Below are positions 15,024 through 27,828 of a stretch of 64,000 nucleotides of DNA, piece after piece (the stretch's first letter is position 1; every line of letters starts with the position of its first letter). Where the stretch lies: NCBI RefSeq assembly GCF_021869535.1, contig NW_026262745.1, forward strand, positions 32,736,001-32,800,000, written 5' to 3'. The translations under genes and the position numbers were made by a program. The DNA is from Mytilus californianus. Its lineage: Eukaryota. The notes beneath the pieces are model-generated. The model worked only from the letters and a program-made list of their open reading frames with translations. It made no database searches and was not told the origin of the DNA.

Positions 15024-16691
15024 ATGTTTTTCATAATTTTTCAACGTACTCCTTACTGGATTAATATCGTAGCTGGTCCAATTATTTCTTACTTGACAAT
15101 CTGGATGAACATAATAGTGTTTGTAGCGTTTTTTGACAAGCGAATCAAAACACCTGTTACAATTCTATTGCAAGGATTAGCGATATCGGATAGCCTTACC
15201 GCATTCTGTACATACGGACTTGTGCCTTTGTTTGTTCATCAGTTTAGAGATATTGGGATAACCAACACAGATGACAACATTCAAATAGGAACACCTGTAG
15301 GTTTTGGACTGGGCGCACAGAAAAATTTTACAGTGAGTGATATTACAAATTTAGTTAATATCAAATATCCCTATTGTATTATCCACTATTGTGCTACTCA
15401 GCTGGCTGACAGTTTCCATCTTGTATCCGTGTTATTGACCGCTTCTCTTGGTTTGCAGAAACTCTTAGCTGTAGCCTTTCCAATCCGATTTCGAATAAAC
15501 ATCACCAACAGAAAATCAGTTATTGTTTGTTGGATTTGCTTTTTCACTTCGATGATGATAAATATACCGAGGATTTTTGTTGTTCGTCTAAGGTCCATAG
15601 AAAAGGACACATGTTTTGTCTCTAAGCCGAACAAATTACTAGAGAAGTATGTATTGATGTTTCATCCGTTCTTGTTTCTTTTCTTGCTGGTTTCTGCAGT
15701 AGTTATAATGACAATTTCTTCATTGTATATAGCGTTCATACTTTGCTATCAGAAAAGAATTCGGAGAAACGATTCACTCCCAATGTGTAAAACTAAAAGG
15801 AGATCGAGTATCTTGATTTTGTGCATAGTTGTTGTTTTCTTATTATCCGAGATACCGCGTTTACTTATCAATATTACCGTATTCAACACATACAAGTCTG
15901 ATATGAATAAGGAAGACATCGTTTGGAAAAAAGTGAAGTATGAGATAAGCGACAAATCTATGAAATGTCTAGACAGACGGCAGCTCAGATTCGTACAAAA
16001 AGTTAACTCTGATTTAAACTTAAATATAAGTATGTCTTGCCAACCTGATATTGATTCGTCGCACAATTATAGCGTTTGGACAAATTATGTAGTTCATACG
16101 TTGGTTGGAAATACGTATGAAGATTACAGAAAGCAACTTTCCAGTAAGATTGATCCCGAATATAAAGAAATGGTTACAACTATTATCCAAAAGCTGACTG
16201 GACTTATGAAAAATAATACTGAACGAAGTTTGACGAAACTTATTGATATAATTATCTGTAACAATATCAGCAAAGTTAATTTTGAAAAGATTAAACGCTC
16301 CTATGAAATGGCCATCTACTCGTGTGACATAAGTAAAATCCCACCTATACACAAACACTTTTCCTATCTTATTCTAGGGATCACCCCATACAGTGAACCT
16401 ATGAATTACATACTGAATATTGTATGGGGGAAATTCGACATCACTCTGGGAAAGTTGAAAATTATCATGGAGATTCTTAAAATATCAACCGTAGTCGGAT
16501 GTGTTTCTAATTTCGTCATCTATTTTTTAATGAGCAAAAAACTAAGAAGGGCACTAAAATTTTCTAGAAATTTGCCATTCCTTAATTACAAAAAAAGAGT
16601 TGTAGCATGGGAGTTACAAAGATACAAAGTGTCCACGAAATCTATAAGTACCGATGCTACTGAAACTGATACTGAGTTTGTATTGGACTAA
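15024..16691 (+). CDS. Rhodopsin-like (class A) GPCR, peptide-receptor-like (sex peptide/FMRFamide-receptor-like group), 555 aa; N-terminus uncertain
   Basis: Seven hydrophobic segments. TM2 LAISD; TM3 preceded by Cys and ending LGLQKLLAVAFP (DRY position = QKL); TM4 NIPR; TM6 FLLSEIPR; TM7 SNFVIYFLMSKKLR followed by an amphipathic helix 8. Confidence 0.88.
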   Translation: MFFIIFQRTPYWINIVAGPIISYLTIWMNIIVFVAFFDKRIKTPVTILLQGLAISDSLTAFCTYGLVPLFVHQFRDIGITNTDDNIQIGTPVGFGLGAQKNFTVSDITNLVNIKYPYCIIHYCATQLADSFHLVSVLLTASLGLQKLLAVAFPIRFRINITNRKSVIVCWICFFTSMMINIPRIFVVRLRSIEKDTCFVSKPNKLLEKYVLMFHPFLFLFLLVSAVVIMTISSLYIAFILCYQKRIRRNDSLPMCKTKRRSSILILCIVVVFLLSEIPRLLINITVFNTYKSDMNKEDIVWKKVKYEISDKSMKCLDRRQLRFVQKVNSDLNLNISMSCQPDIDSSHNYSVWTNYVVHTLVGNTYEDYRKQLSSKIDPEYKEMVTTIIQKLTGLMKNNTERSLTKLIDIIICNNISKVNFEKIKRSYEMAIYSCDISKIPPIHKHFSYLILGITPYSEPMNYILNIVWGKFDITLGKLKIIMEILKISTVVGCVSNFVIYFLMSKKLRRALKFSRNLPFLNYKKRVVAWELQRYKVSTKSISTDATETDTEFVLD

Positions 16692-19212
16692 AGTTTACAT
16701 TTAAGAAACAGTTGATAGATATATCTTTTATGTGAGGATGTCTGTATTCTATTTAATTCTGTTGAATTTACTACCACTGGGTTGACACTACAACTTGAAG
16801 ACTATTATTTCCTTAAGATTATTACCTTAATACATCTGTATATGACCCATTGTTAAAAATAATAAGGACATTTGATTATTTTTCAGCTGATATATTTTTT
16901 TCAAATAGTATGAAGTCTAAGGTTGCAGTCGCTGGTTTCTTCAGATCTTTTTTGCTTTATATGTTTTCCATATATTTATACAATATCAAAAACATATTAT
17001 TTATTTCTTAAATATTATTTCCTTCTGTCTGATGAAACTGGGTTTAAAGTTGTTTTAGCGGCGATAATGCACAATGAAATATCGATTAAGTTATGTTTGC
17101 ATATTGTTAATATGTATATGTTCCCTGCAAAATTTTGGTTTATGAGAATAAAGTATTCCTTCTTTCAATCATCCTTTCATTCATGTTACATCCACGTCGT
17201 CTGTCATTTGTATCATATGGAGAAAAAAAAAAGCATTGACATATTTCAAGTACGTCTCTGATGTACAAAATTTTAAGCCAACTTTCTATGATCAGTTTAT
17301 TATCGTAAGACAATAAAAATGTTATTGTTTCTAACATTAAGAGTACCATTGACCGTCCGTCCTTCCGTTCTTCTGTCTGTCCGTCCCATTTCGTTGCAAA
17401 GCTTGAACGGGGGCATTCGTGTCCGCCGACATATTCTTCTTTTATTTGACCCCATATACGGAGTGAAAATGGAACAAAACAAAGGTTTACTCAAAATCGT
17501 CGACAAAAATTATGAGAATTAACTAAGTGATCACAAGAAAAGACTGTCTACTATATGCGGGTTTTCTGTCTGAATACCGGGTCTGCACAGATTTTTTTGG
17601 GGAGACAATACATTCATAAGACATGTAACGAAAAGGGGTATAACAAATTATTCTGGAAACAAGTACTCTAAAAGTTATGGTATTTTTTCTTTTGTTTGTT
17701 TTGTAGAGTTTGTAATCCTAGGTTTCCATTCACTCATCAGGTCATATGTTTAATCAAATGCAATCTAATTAAACAGATTGAATCAAATGGACCTACTTTC
17801 AAAGTTATCATTAATGCATTTTTCAGCGACTTTGGATGTTGATAGCAACACAGAAGTTATGTACACTTTTCTGATATTGTCTGTTAAGTCTACATCCATT
17901 CTTCTATGTGGAACTAGATTTGCTTTTCCTTCCCGGAGCACCTAAATTCACCACCATGATTTTTGTTGTCTATGATTTTTTTTGGTTGGAACGTGATGCT
18001 GAGTCTTTAGTTTTCTGTGTTTTGTAGACTGTTGTGATGTTGAGTCTTTAGTTTTCTTTGTTTTAGTAGACTGATGTTTGTCGTTTTTCAGTTGTTTGCC
18101 ATTGTGCAGTCCTTTTTTACGACTTCTGATTTTGTTTTGTACCTTTGGTGTCTTCTGTCTTTTTTCTTCTTCTTTCTTAAACGATATGCCATGAATAGAT
18201 TTCTTTAAAACTAAATTCAAAGCGATAGTTTGTTGCTGAACACTAGCTGCAAATAATTCTATTGGTCTTTTTGTATCGTCCATTTTATGATAACTCTTCC
18301 CATAAGCACAAATGGACTGATGCGTGCGCAGATTCACTAATAGCCATTGGGATGCTTTTTCCGTTTTATGAGTATTAGACAACCACCATCAAACTTATTC
18401 ATAACTATGGAGCAAATTAATCAGTGTGCAACAGTTAATCTATTAGATAGAAAAAAGTAAACATACATAACACATTATAAGGGAAGTAATCAAATGAATA
18501 AATGGTTTAGATTCATTTAAATAAAAAAAAAATCAACTGCATATCAGAATTTTCGCTTTATCTATTTTGTTGTTTACTCAAAACAAAACAAAAATAACAA
18601 TGTAATTTATACATTATAATAAATTTTAATTATCATACATATCTATTTGAAATTCTCCCAAAGTTCATTCACAAATGAATACAATAAATAAGACACTCAA
18701 GTAAGTAAAGTATTTGGATTACATTATACTAGTGTGTATACGCTTTTTCAGGCGTATCTGTAAAATTAAAAAGATGTGGTATGATTGTCAATGAGACAAC
18801 TCTCCACCTGAGACCAAATGACATTGAAGTTAACAACTATAGGTCACCGTACGGTGAATATTGTTCTTTTTCTTGCTTTTCATCTCGCCTTACTCCTCTG
18901 AAACTAAATCAATAAATATTATAACATTTAGAATGTTAAAATGACATACATACTGACGGACCACACATTTGGTGATTATTTTTACCAAATCATGATTGAT
19001 CTTAATATAACTTCTATTCATGCTTACCATATTCTTTTCCGTATCATGACTTACCTGAGGTAATCGAACATACCGGATCATTGAAGTCGCACGAATTTCT
19101 TAAAGCGAAATTAAAAACCCATAAATGATTCCTTTTAGGGTTTTTTCTTCGTGAAACAATTCTTTCAATCCATACCCACAATTAAATCAGTGAAAAAATG
19201 TTGCATCTCCAT

Positions 19213-19710
19213 ATTGCCGAGACAGAGCAATGAAAATCTGAATCAGGCCATAAGAATATTGTAGGCAAGAAAACGTGAACGTGCTGTTGCAAGACAATTT
19301 AACGTCAGGAACTCGTCTTACTGTCGTTACAACAACGGCACAGGCAGACGGGATTTGTTGATGACCATCCATGACCTAATCAATATGTAGTGACAACGCC
19401 ACGTCAATAACATTTGAATACGCAACGTCATTTGCGAGACATGTTTACGACCGCAACGTCAACTGCTAATCAAGTCGCCAAATGCCATGGCAGACAGATT
19501 CACGCCATTAATGTTTCGCAAATACTAAATTAAACCCCATAATTGCCAAAACACACTGTAATGGGTGGGACAGGGGCAAAATCAGAAGGTACAAAACAGA
19601 ACTCAAAACATGCCCAACAGAATTGGTTGACCTTTCTGACAATCATTTTTGCGTTGGTTACAGGAAGTCATTAACTTTAACGGTGACACATACATTGTAA
19701 AGAGGAAAAC
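19213..19710 (+). mobile_element. Internally deleted, degraded Tc1/mariner transposase remnant
   Basis: Frames read PRQSNENLNQAIRIL*ARKRERAVARQFNV / LQQRHRQTGFVDDHP / RHLRDMFTTATSTA, matching the Tc1 N-terminal HTH region. LNPI-like and NGxxTY-like remnants follow. Confidence 0.7.
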
Positions 19711-19970
19711 CAGGGTCTCAGGTCATACCACATGATTTGAACATTAAAAATGACGAAATCAATTCAACTTTCAAACTGCAAACTTTTTTTAAACAATGAA
19801 GTAACAAATGAAATGTGTTTTTATAGATTTACTTTACAAAAACATCATATTTGAAAATGGTAATTAAAAAGAATAAGCTATTGTTGCACTTTTAAAGTCC
19901 GTCAGTATATATATATTTATTTCCAAATGGTAGTTCAAAATCATATTAAACATGAATAAGTATATTTATA

Positions 19971-20250
19971 AACAAGAATGTGTCCATAGTACACGGATGC
20001 CCCACTCTCACTATCATTTTCTATGTTCACTGAACAGTAAAATTGGGGGTCAAAACTCTAATTTGGCATTAAAATTAGAAAGATCATATCATAGGGAACA
20101 TGTGTACTAAGTTTCTAGTTGATTGGAATCAACTTCATCAAAAACAACCTTGACCAAAAACTTTAACCTGAAGCGAGACAGACGGACGGAAGAACGGACG
20201 AACGGACGCACAGACCGCAAAACATAATGCACCTAGGTGGAGCATAAAAA
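19971..20250. mobile_element. Short non-autonomous element with internal (GACG)n tract (HINE/MITE-like)
   Basis: Absent at the paralogous site (27281-27310 reads tatttataagaaaaaacaatattttgc, an empty site). Related pieces occur near 17340-17470 and 58170-58320. Confidence 0.7.
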
Positions 20251-20933
20251 ACAATATTTTGCATCAGGCAAAGTGGACATTGTATGAACTTGGCACAAAC
20301 ACTTGTCTCTTTTTTTCAGAGACAAGTGCCTGTGGAACTTGCATGGCTGCCTTTTGATCAGATGGCTTTTTTTTGTAAAGATTGAATGACTTTTGAAAAA
20401 CGCCCCTGGTGTGAAATAAATTAAGGAAAAATTGATTCTATCCCCAATTTAAGATTGTTGTAGAAGGGAAGTGATAAAAGATTTGATGAATATATGTTTG
20501 TCTCTAGAAAAAAAACAAGATAAATTTTTGGCTTTGAGCGTTCGTGATTAATGTAAATCCAGGAATACAACCAATATAATCCCTCAAAAAGATCTCTGGG
20601 GATTATATTGGTGTCTCGGGGTGAATACGTTGTAAAATTGAAGAAGCCACATGATATTCTCAAGATACAGATCCAGGATTTTGAACGAGGGGTGGGGCAA
20701 AACACGGCAACGGTAGGAGTGAGATTTGTAAAGTATTTCCGTTCTAGCTCTGCGGTTGATATTTGTCTCATTGGCAACCATACCACATCTGCTCATTTTT
20801 ATTTAACAATCACATATTTAGCTTCATAGGCTATGTTCTATATGTATCGTTTTTTGGTGCTAACAAAACTCAAGATCAAGTTCAGCAGACATTATCTAGC
20901 CTTTATAATAAGTTTTTATTTCAAGAAACACAA

Positions 20934-23900
20934 TCAACCTGTGAAGTTATCTCTGTAAACAAAAAGAAAGCTATACAATACCTTGAAATATAACAGAACT
21001 GACGCGCGTGTTTATCGGTTGTATTAAAACAGTAGTTCTTTTTTCAATGAGACTAACATACTTACCGTATGTAATTGACAACGAACACACCGACTAATGG
21101 GAGCAATAAAGCACACACCACCACATAAGCTATCCATATATAGTCAGGTCTTTCACCTAAATAAATAAGAATCGTATTACTTCCCTACAATATTTGTCGT
21201 AAGTATGTAAAGGGACCCTTGAACTTATTGTTTTATTTTTCTTATATGCACTACTGATACTAAATAATTATACTGAATACATAACATGTATAGCGAGCTT
21301 ATTGTTTTTTTTAAATTTTTTATACACTGTTGCTTTAAAAACCATTCATGGTCATTTTTTGGTTTATATTACAAGAAAATGACATATTAGATTTAACTTG
21401 TCGCCTAGATGTCTTTTATGGAAATTCATATCGTTGTGGTGTTGTTTCATTGATGTATACCCCACATTTAATTTCATTTCCTATAAAGATTTACTTAATT
21501 TCTGAATAAAAAATAATCATAGATGCTTTTTATGAAAAGACAAACATAAAGGTAAATTCAAAACTATTATCAACTTACGAAATACTTCGATAATGAATAT
21601 GTCCATAGGTCGTCTTTGTTTATGCCTATTATATTTGTCTTTGAATAAATTTCTTGTTCGTGACAGAATTTTGGTAGTCTTTCTTAAATTTTTGCATTTT
21701 TGATTAAATGTATTTTTGTATGTCATGGCTACCAGTTTTTATTTGCGGAGGAAGCCGGTGCTCCCTAAATAGATCCACCAACCTTCAGCAAGAAAACATC
21801 TTTGTCAATCAAGATCGGAGTCGAACATACCTCGCCACTAGCAGTGTTCGAACTCACAGACTGTGTGTTGACAGGATAGTGATTACTGTAGAAAAAACTA
21901 CCAAGACCATTCGATCACCTATTTTTATAAAATGTATAATAATAGAAACTGGCCTATCATTATTGCTAAAGAACCGTATGATTTTCCATGGCTTTTTTTT
22001 TCTGTTTTCAAATATGTTTAAGAGTTGATGTCCCTTGGGCTTACATCCTATCTGTTTTCGTCTAAATCTTTACCACTAATAAAAAATGTTACACCAAGTT
22101 GATTTATACACACAAGTGTAAATTTATGACTAGATGTATACATATATCCCTACTAAAAATTAAAGAATTTTATACTACTAATGTACTAAAGTTCATACCT
22201 TTTACTTTTGAATATACGTTTGTGATGTTTGTAGTACTGGAAACGGTGGAATTTTCTGCAATAAAATAACATAAAGTAAAACCGGGATTAAAAACCGTAT
22301 ATATAAAACTTCCAGGAATTTACTGATATAAAGACCAGCAAAACAAAAAGTACTGTTTTTTTAAGTGGATTAATTGATTGATTGATTGATAACCATGATT
22401 GATTGATTGTTGCTTTTAACACATGCAGTGTCAAACGTTTCATGTTTATTCAGGACTAGAACAAATTAACATTAAGTACAATAGGAAGGATGACTGGGAT
22501 GTAAGGTTTGAAATTTGGACTTTGATGGATACGGACAGAATTTGTACCTTGCAGCATGCAATCTACGGACCACATCAAAGGTTCTTCAACGTACAGAAAG
22601 CGTGCGTGGCGCTCATCCGTCACGGGGCATCGTATTTAATGTCCTTATTACGATCAGAAGTGGCTGCGAATTTATAAATCCCACACAACCAAACGGAGGC
22701 CCCTCTTAAGCAAAGATTTGACTGCCGGATGAAAATACCTCGTCACGAATAGGGTTCGAACTCACAAACTCTGTGTTGACAGGATAATGATTACTGTAGA
22801 AAATACTATAAAAATTAAAATTACAAAAATGCCGAACTCCAAGGAAAATTCAAAACGGAAAGTCCCTTATCAAAGGGCAAAATTAAAAGCTCAAACACAT
22901 CAAACGAATGGAAAACAACTGTCATATTTCTGACTTGGTACAGGCATTTCCTTATGTAGAAAATGGTATATTAAACCTGGTTTTATAGCTAGCTAAACCT
23001 CTCACTTGTATGACAGTCGTATAAAATTCCATTATATTGACAACAATGTGTGAACAAAACAAACAGACATAATAGGTAAAAATGTCAAAAATAGGGGTAC
23101 AGCAGTCAACAGTGTTTTATAATCTTAATCACTATAAAACCAAACAAATATGTCAACAAAGAAAAACAAAATGGCATATAGACAAAGCACATAAGCAAAC
23201 ATGAAAGACAAGAACACAAAAAATGATCAAATCACAATAACACAATGGCGGGATGTATAAATACCGAGCCACGCCAAAAGGATATTACCAAAATGGACTA
23301 AACAGTATATGTTAATCATTTACAAAGACAAATAAAATACAAAGACAAACAATATAACACTTAATTAAGATCATAAACAACATCAGTACCTAGAATCTAT
23401 ACATCAAGACCGTCCTGTATTATTTGTGAATTTGATACGGAATACTTATCAACTAGGTCTTAGTATCTTCCGATGAACTTTTCTAGAAAAAGGACGAGAC
23501 GTTCTTTGAAATAACCCTGGTTCATCAACTTTCTGCTCAAACACTGATGACGTTTTATAAAGTCTAAGTAGTAGCTGTAAGCTCTGGAATACCGAATGAG
23601 TTGGGAAATGTATATCCCATATGCAGGTGATGTTAGTATATTGCTACTAAGGTGGGGGAAATTGATAATTTCAAAATTAAAACCAAGACCATTCGATCAC
23701 CTATTTTTATTATTGCTAACGAACCATATGTTGTTCCATGAAATTTTTTTCTGTTTTCAAATGTGTTTAAAGTTGATGTCTCTTGGACTTAAATCCTATC
23801 CTTTTCCGTCTAAATTTTTACCACTATAAAATGTTAAACCAAGTTGATTTTTACACACAAGTGTAAATTTATGACTAGATGTATACATATCTCCCTACTA

Positions 23901-25249
23901 AAAATTAAAGAACTGTATACTACAATTGCATTGAAGTGCATACCTTCAACTTTTGAATTTATGGTTGTGTAGCTTGTAGTACTGGAAACAGTGGAACTTT
24001 CTGTAATGATATAGCATAAAGTTTAACCTGGACGAAAACCGTATATATAAAGCTTGACATAGGTATACTAAACAATCGTTGTTTATATAAGAATTTACTG
24101 ATATAAAGACCAGACCAGTAAACAAATTTTTTTTTCAAGTAGATTAATTAATTAATTTCTTGCTTGCTTGCTTGATTGATTTTTGCTTGTCTAACGTTCA
24201 ATGTCAAATGATGCATGCCTATGCGGGACTAGAACGAATTGATATTAATTACAATAGAAAGGTTGACCGGAATGTAACGTGGGACATTTTCGCTTTGATT
24301 GATACGGAAAGAAATTGTACCTTGCAGCATGCAACCTACGGAGCCCAGCAATTTTTCGCACGTACAGAGATCCTGCGTAACACTCATCCTTCACAAGGCT
24401 TTAGCTTTAACGTCTTCATTCCAACCAGACATTGATGTGTATTTGTACATCGCACCCAACCAAACGAACACCCTCTTTAGCAAAGGTTTTACTGCCGGAA
24501 GGGCGAATCAAGGGATGACCATATGTCTATACCCCAATCTACCCTAATTTGTTGTCACATAGTAATAATTACTTGGTGCTTCGTGTTGATTGGTTGCTGT
24601 TTCATTTATGTATACACCAAATCTATTATTTTTCATATATAGAATATTAATGTCTTCACAGTCATGTAAATAAATGCAAAATAATTTCAGATAAGTTGTT
24701 GGGTGATATCAGTGGTACTAAAGTTTGATTGATTGATTGGTGTACACGCGACTTTTAGCACTGTTGGCTATTTTGTTGCAGAAAGTTTTTATTAGTGGAG
24801 GAAGCCGGAGTGCCCGGAGAGAACCACCAACCTTCGGTTGGAAAACTGACAATCCTAGTCAGTGAATATAGGCGTCGAACGCACCTGCCACATGCGGGAC
24901 TCGAACTCACAACCTCAATGTTGACGGGCTAGTGTTACAGTAGTTGAAAACAAGTACATGGGCCACTCTTTTTAAGATAACATTTTGTTTTCATTATGAA
25001 GATTATTTAAACCAATTTTTTTAAGAAATCACATTTTTTTTAATTAGATAAATATACAGCGAAAAAAAAAATAACACATTAATATAAAAGAATTAACACC
25101 AAAGTTTGAATTTAGATTTTAATTGAATTTAAATTTTAAGTAAGATGTTAATTGAACGTACCTGTTGTAGCTCCATAGCAATTTATTATAAACGTAGATG
25201 AAAGTAATATCAGGGAGAAAGGCATATAAATTAAATCCATAGTCATCAT
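20934..25249 (-). CDS. Small type-I membrane mucin-like protein, array copy 1 (103 aa); exons 25249-25162, 24000-23944, 22255-22199, 21156-21066, 20952-20934
   Basis: All introns GT-AG, phases 1,1,1,2, 312 nt total. MMTMDLIYMPFSLILLSSTFIINCYGATT-ESSTVSSTTSYTTINSKVE-ENSTVSSTTNITNVYSKVK-GERPDYIWIAYVVVCALLLPLVGVFVVNYI-RDNFTG*. Close paralog is copy 2. Confidence 0.8.
22809..23682 (-). mobile_element. Penelope-like element 3' fragment inserted between the duplicated stalk exons of copy 1
   Basis: Near-colinear with 44070-44930 and includes the NFEIINFPHLSSNI coding remnant. It interrupts gtagaaaatacta|ccaagacc, which is contiguous at 21890-21910. Confidence 0.75.
24740..24960 (-). mobile_element. 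tRNA-derived SINE (V/Meta-like core)
   Basis: Core ggaggaagccggagtgcccggagagaaccacc and minus-strand B-box-like gtgagttcgagtccc. Related copies near 21740-21900, 30630-30710 and 62900-63110. Confidence 0.55.
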
Positions 25250-25799
25250 ATTAGAGCCATAACTGATTTAACAAAATCATAACTTCCTTATTAAATAAAT
25301 TTCTAAATATATTCTTTCCATTGTTTCTAACAAATGAGCTCTAACGTGGAAACATTCCAAAAGTTATAAAATTAAATAATCCGGTTCAAGGTAATGAGCT
25401 GGATCCATATGGAACAGATGACAAAACCGTATAATCATTTGTTGATTACGATATGAATGTGCCATATAATTTACACTTGTCTTCTTTTGTTCAAACAATG
25501 AATTCCCTCTAGCAAAATCAAACTAAATATATAAAAACGATAATGCATTTCATTTATTTTCTATTTACCTATATCCCTGTTAGGAGATTTTAATTACATT
25601 CAAGTTAACATATAGTGGTGAAAAACTTCTAAAAAGAAGTCTGTTTGTTTGGCCATTTACACACAGTGTATCTGTCAACTTGTTTGACTTTTATTTGGTA
25701 AAAGTGCTAATTCACTAAGTTTAATAGTTTATTTCAAGCTAGAAGCAATACAGCCTATAGGTTTATCAGAAATATAGACCTAACTTATTTCAAACAGAA

Positions 25800-25880
25800 T
25801 AGCACATCCTAAATTTTACGGTGATGTTGTTTACCGAGCCCGGAAATTTAGTTACGATCCGGGTAAACTTATCAATCCTT
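25800..25880 (+). mobile_element. Short Penelope-like C-terminal fragment
   Basis: Reads HPKFYGDVVYRARKFSYDPGKLINPL, similar to the 56330-56520 fragment. Confidence 0.5.
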
Positions 25881-27828
25881 TATATAATTTTTTTTGGCGC
25901 ATATACGAATAAAAAAAAACAAGGTTTACTAAAAATTAAGTCGACAAAGTGATAAGAATTATCTAGCTGATCACAAAAAAGACTATGCACTATATGAGGG
26001 TTTGGTTTCTGGTTTGTGTGCTTGAATACCGAGTCTGCACAGATGTATAGCTATATATTATTATATTTATAAGACATGTGACGAAAAGGGTATGAAAGTG
26101 AGATGTATAGAGAATAAAAGATTTTCTTGAAACAAGACTCGGAAAGTTATGTGTTCATTCCTTTTCTTTCTTATCTTCGTTTTGCTGAGTTTTGAATTGT
26201 AGGTTTTCATACAATTGTCAGGTCATAAACATAATCTAACGAAAATACTTTTTAAGTTATTATTTGTGACATTTTCAGCATCTTTAGATAGGTTGATAGC
26301 GGTACACGTTTTTTTCTGAAATTGTCAGATAATTCTTAATTTTTTCATCTATTTTTTCGCAGGATCTACTTAACCTTTCCCGAGCACCTAAAATATCCCG
26401 GCTGATTTGAGAGAGGGTCGAAAATCTGAATCTTTAATTCTCTTTGTTTTGTAGACTGTGCATCGTTTTTCTTTTTCTTTTTGCCGTTGGGCAGACTTAA
26501 AATATTTGATTGTCCTTTTGACCCTTTGATGTCTTCTGGTTCCTTTTTCTTCTTTTTGAAACAAAATTTCATGAAAAGATTTCTATAAAATAGAATTAAA
26601 AGTGATAGTTTTCTGTTGAACACCAGCTGTTAATATTTCAATTGGTCTTTCTATATCGTCCGTTTAATGATAACTCTTCATATGACACCAATGGGCTTAT
26701 GCGTGCGCATATTCACGAATACCCGTTGAAATGCTTTTTCCCGTTTTATGATTATTTGACAACTACCATCAAACTTATTCATAACTATGGAGAAAATTGA
26801 TCAGTGTGCAACAGTTAATCAATTTGATTTAAAAAAGTAAACGCGCATAGCATATTATAAGGGACATAATCAAATGAATGACTGGTTTAGATTCATTTAA
26901 AAATGTTTAAAAATCCAATCAAAATGTTCGCTTTATGCATCTTGTTCTTTACTTAAAAAAAAAACACAAATAACAATGAAATTTATACAAAATAATAAAT
27001 TTTGATTTTATTTAATACCTATTTGAAATTCTCCAAAATTTCATTCACAAATGAATACAATAAATAAGACACCCAAGTAAATAAAGTATTTGGATTACGT
27101 TACACTAGTATGTTTACGCTTTTTCAGGCGTATCTTTTTCTTGCTTGTCATCTCGCCTTACTCTGAAATAATTGAATAATTATATTACATTTATAATGTT
27201 TATAATCTTGAAATGTCATATATATATGTTTTTATTTCCAAATGGTAGTTCAAAGTCATATAAGGCATATTAAAATAAGTATATTTATAAGAAAAAACAA
27301 TATTTTGCATCAGACAAAGTTGACCTTATATGAATTAGGCTATTATTTTAGGCGCCTTTTGGTCATATAGGTCTTCATTTGTATTTGTACTAATACATCC
27401 TTGGCGTTAAAATTTTTGGTTCTGAGCGTTCGTGATGAAGGTAAATCCAGAAATTGTAATCCCTCGAACAGAGCATTGGTGATTATATTGGCGGCTCGGG
27501 GTGTATACGGTGTGAAATTGAAAAAGCCATATGAAATTCTCAAGGTACGGATTTAGGATTTTGATAAAGGGGGTGGGGCAAAAACAAGGCAACGTTAGGA
27601 GTGAGACTTGTAATAAGTGTTTGCGTTTTAGCTCTGGTGGTTAGTTGTCTCATTGGCAATCAGTTGGCACATCTCCTCATTATTATTTAACAATTATGTA
27701 TTAAGATCCATGGCCTCCTCTAAATCCGCATATGTTCTCTATTGTATTGCTTTTTGGTGCTAAAAAACTTGAGATCAAGTTCAGCAGATTTTATCTAGCC
27801 TTATAATACTTTTCAGCAAGAAACATAA

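Noticed and set aside
17948-18382. 144-aa minus ORF
   Set aside because: The paralogous block at about 26540-26790 has a frameshift and stops, substitutions show no codon bias, and the C-terminal part is low-complexity repeat.
19052-19095. Splice-bounded 44-nt minus-strand segment reading NSCDFNDPVCSITS (MAM-like start)
   Set aside because: It lies downstream of the copy 1 stop, has no partner exons, is absent from the paralogous block, and is too short to support.
20421-20829. Overlapping ORFs on both strands (also 27343-27592)
   Set aside because: Duplicated block, but no frame stays open in both copies.
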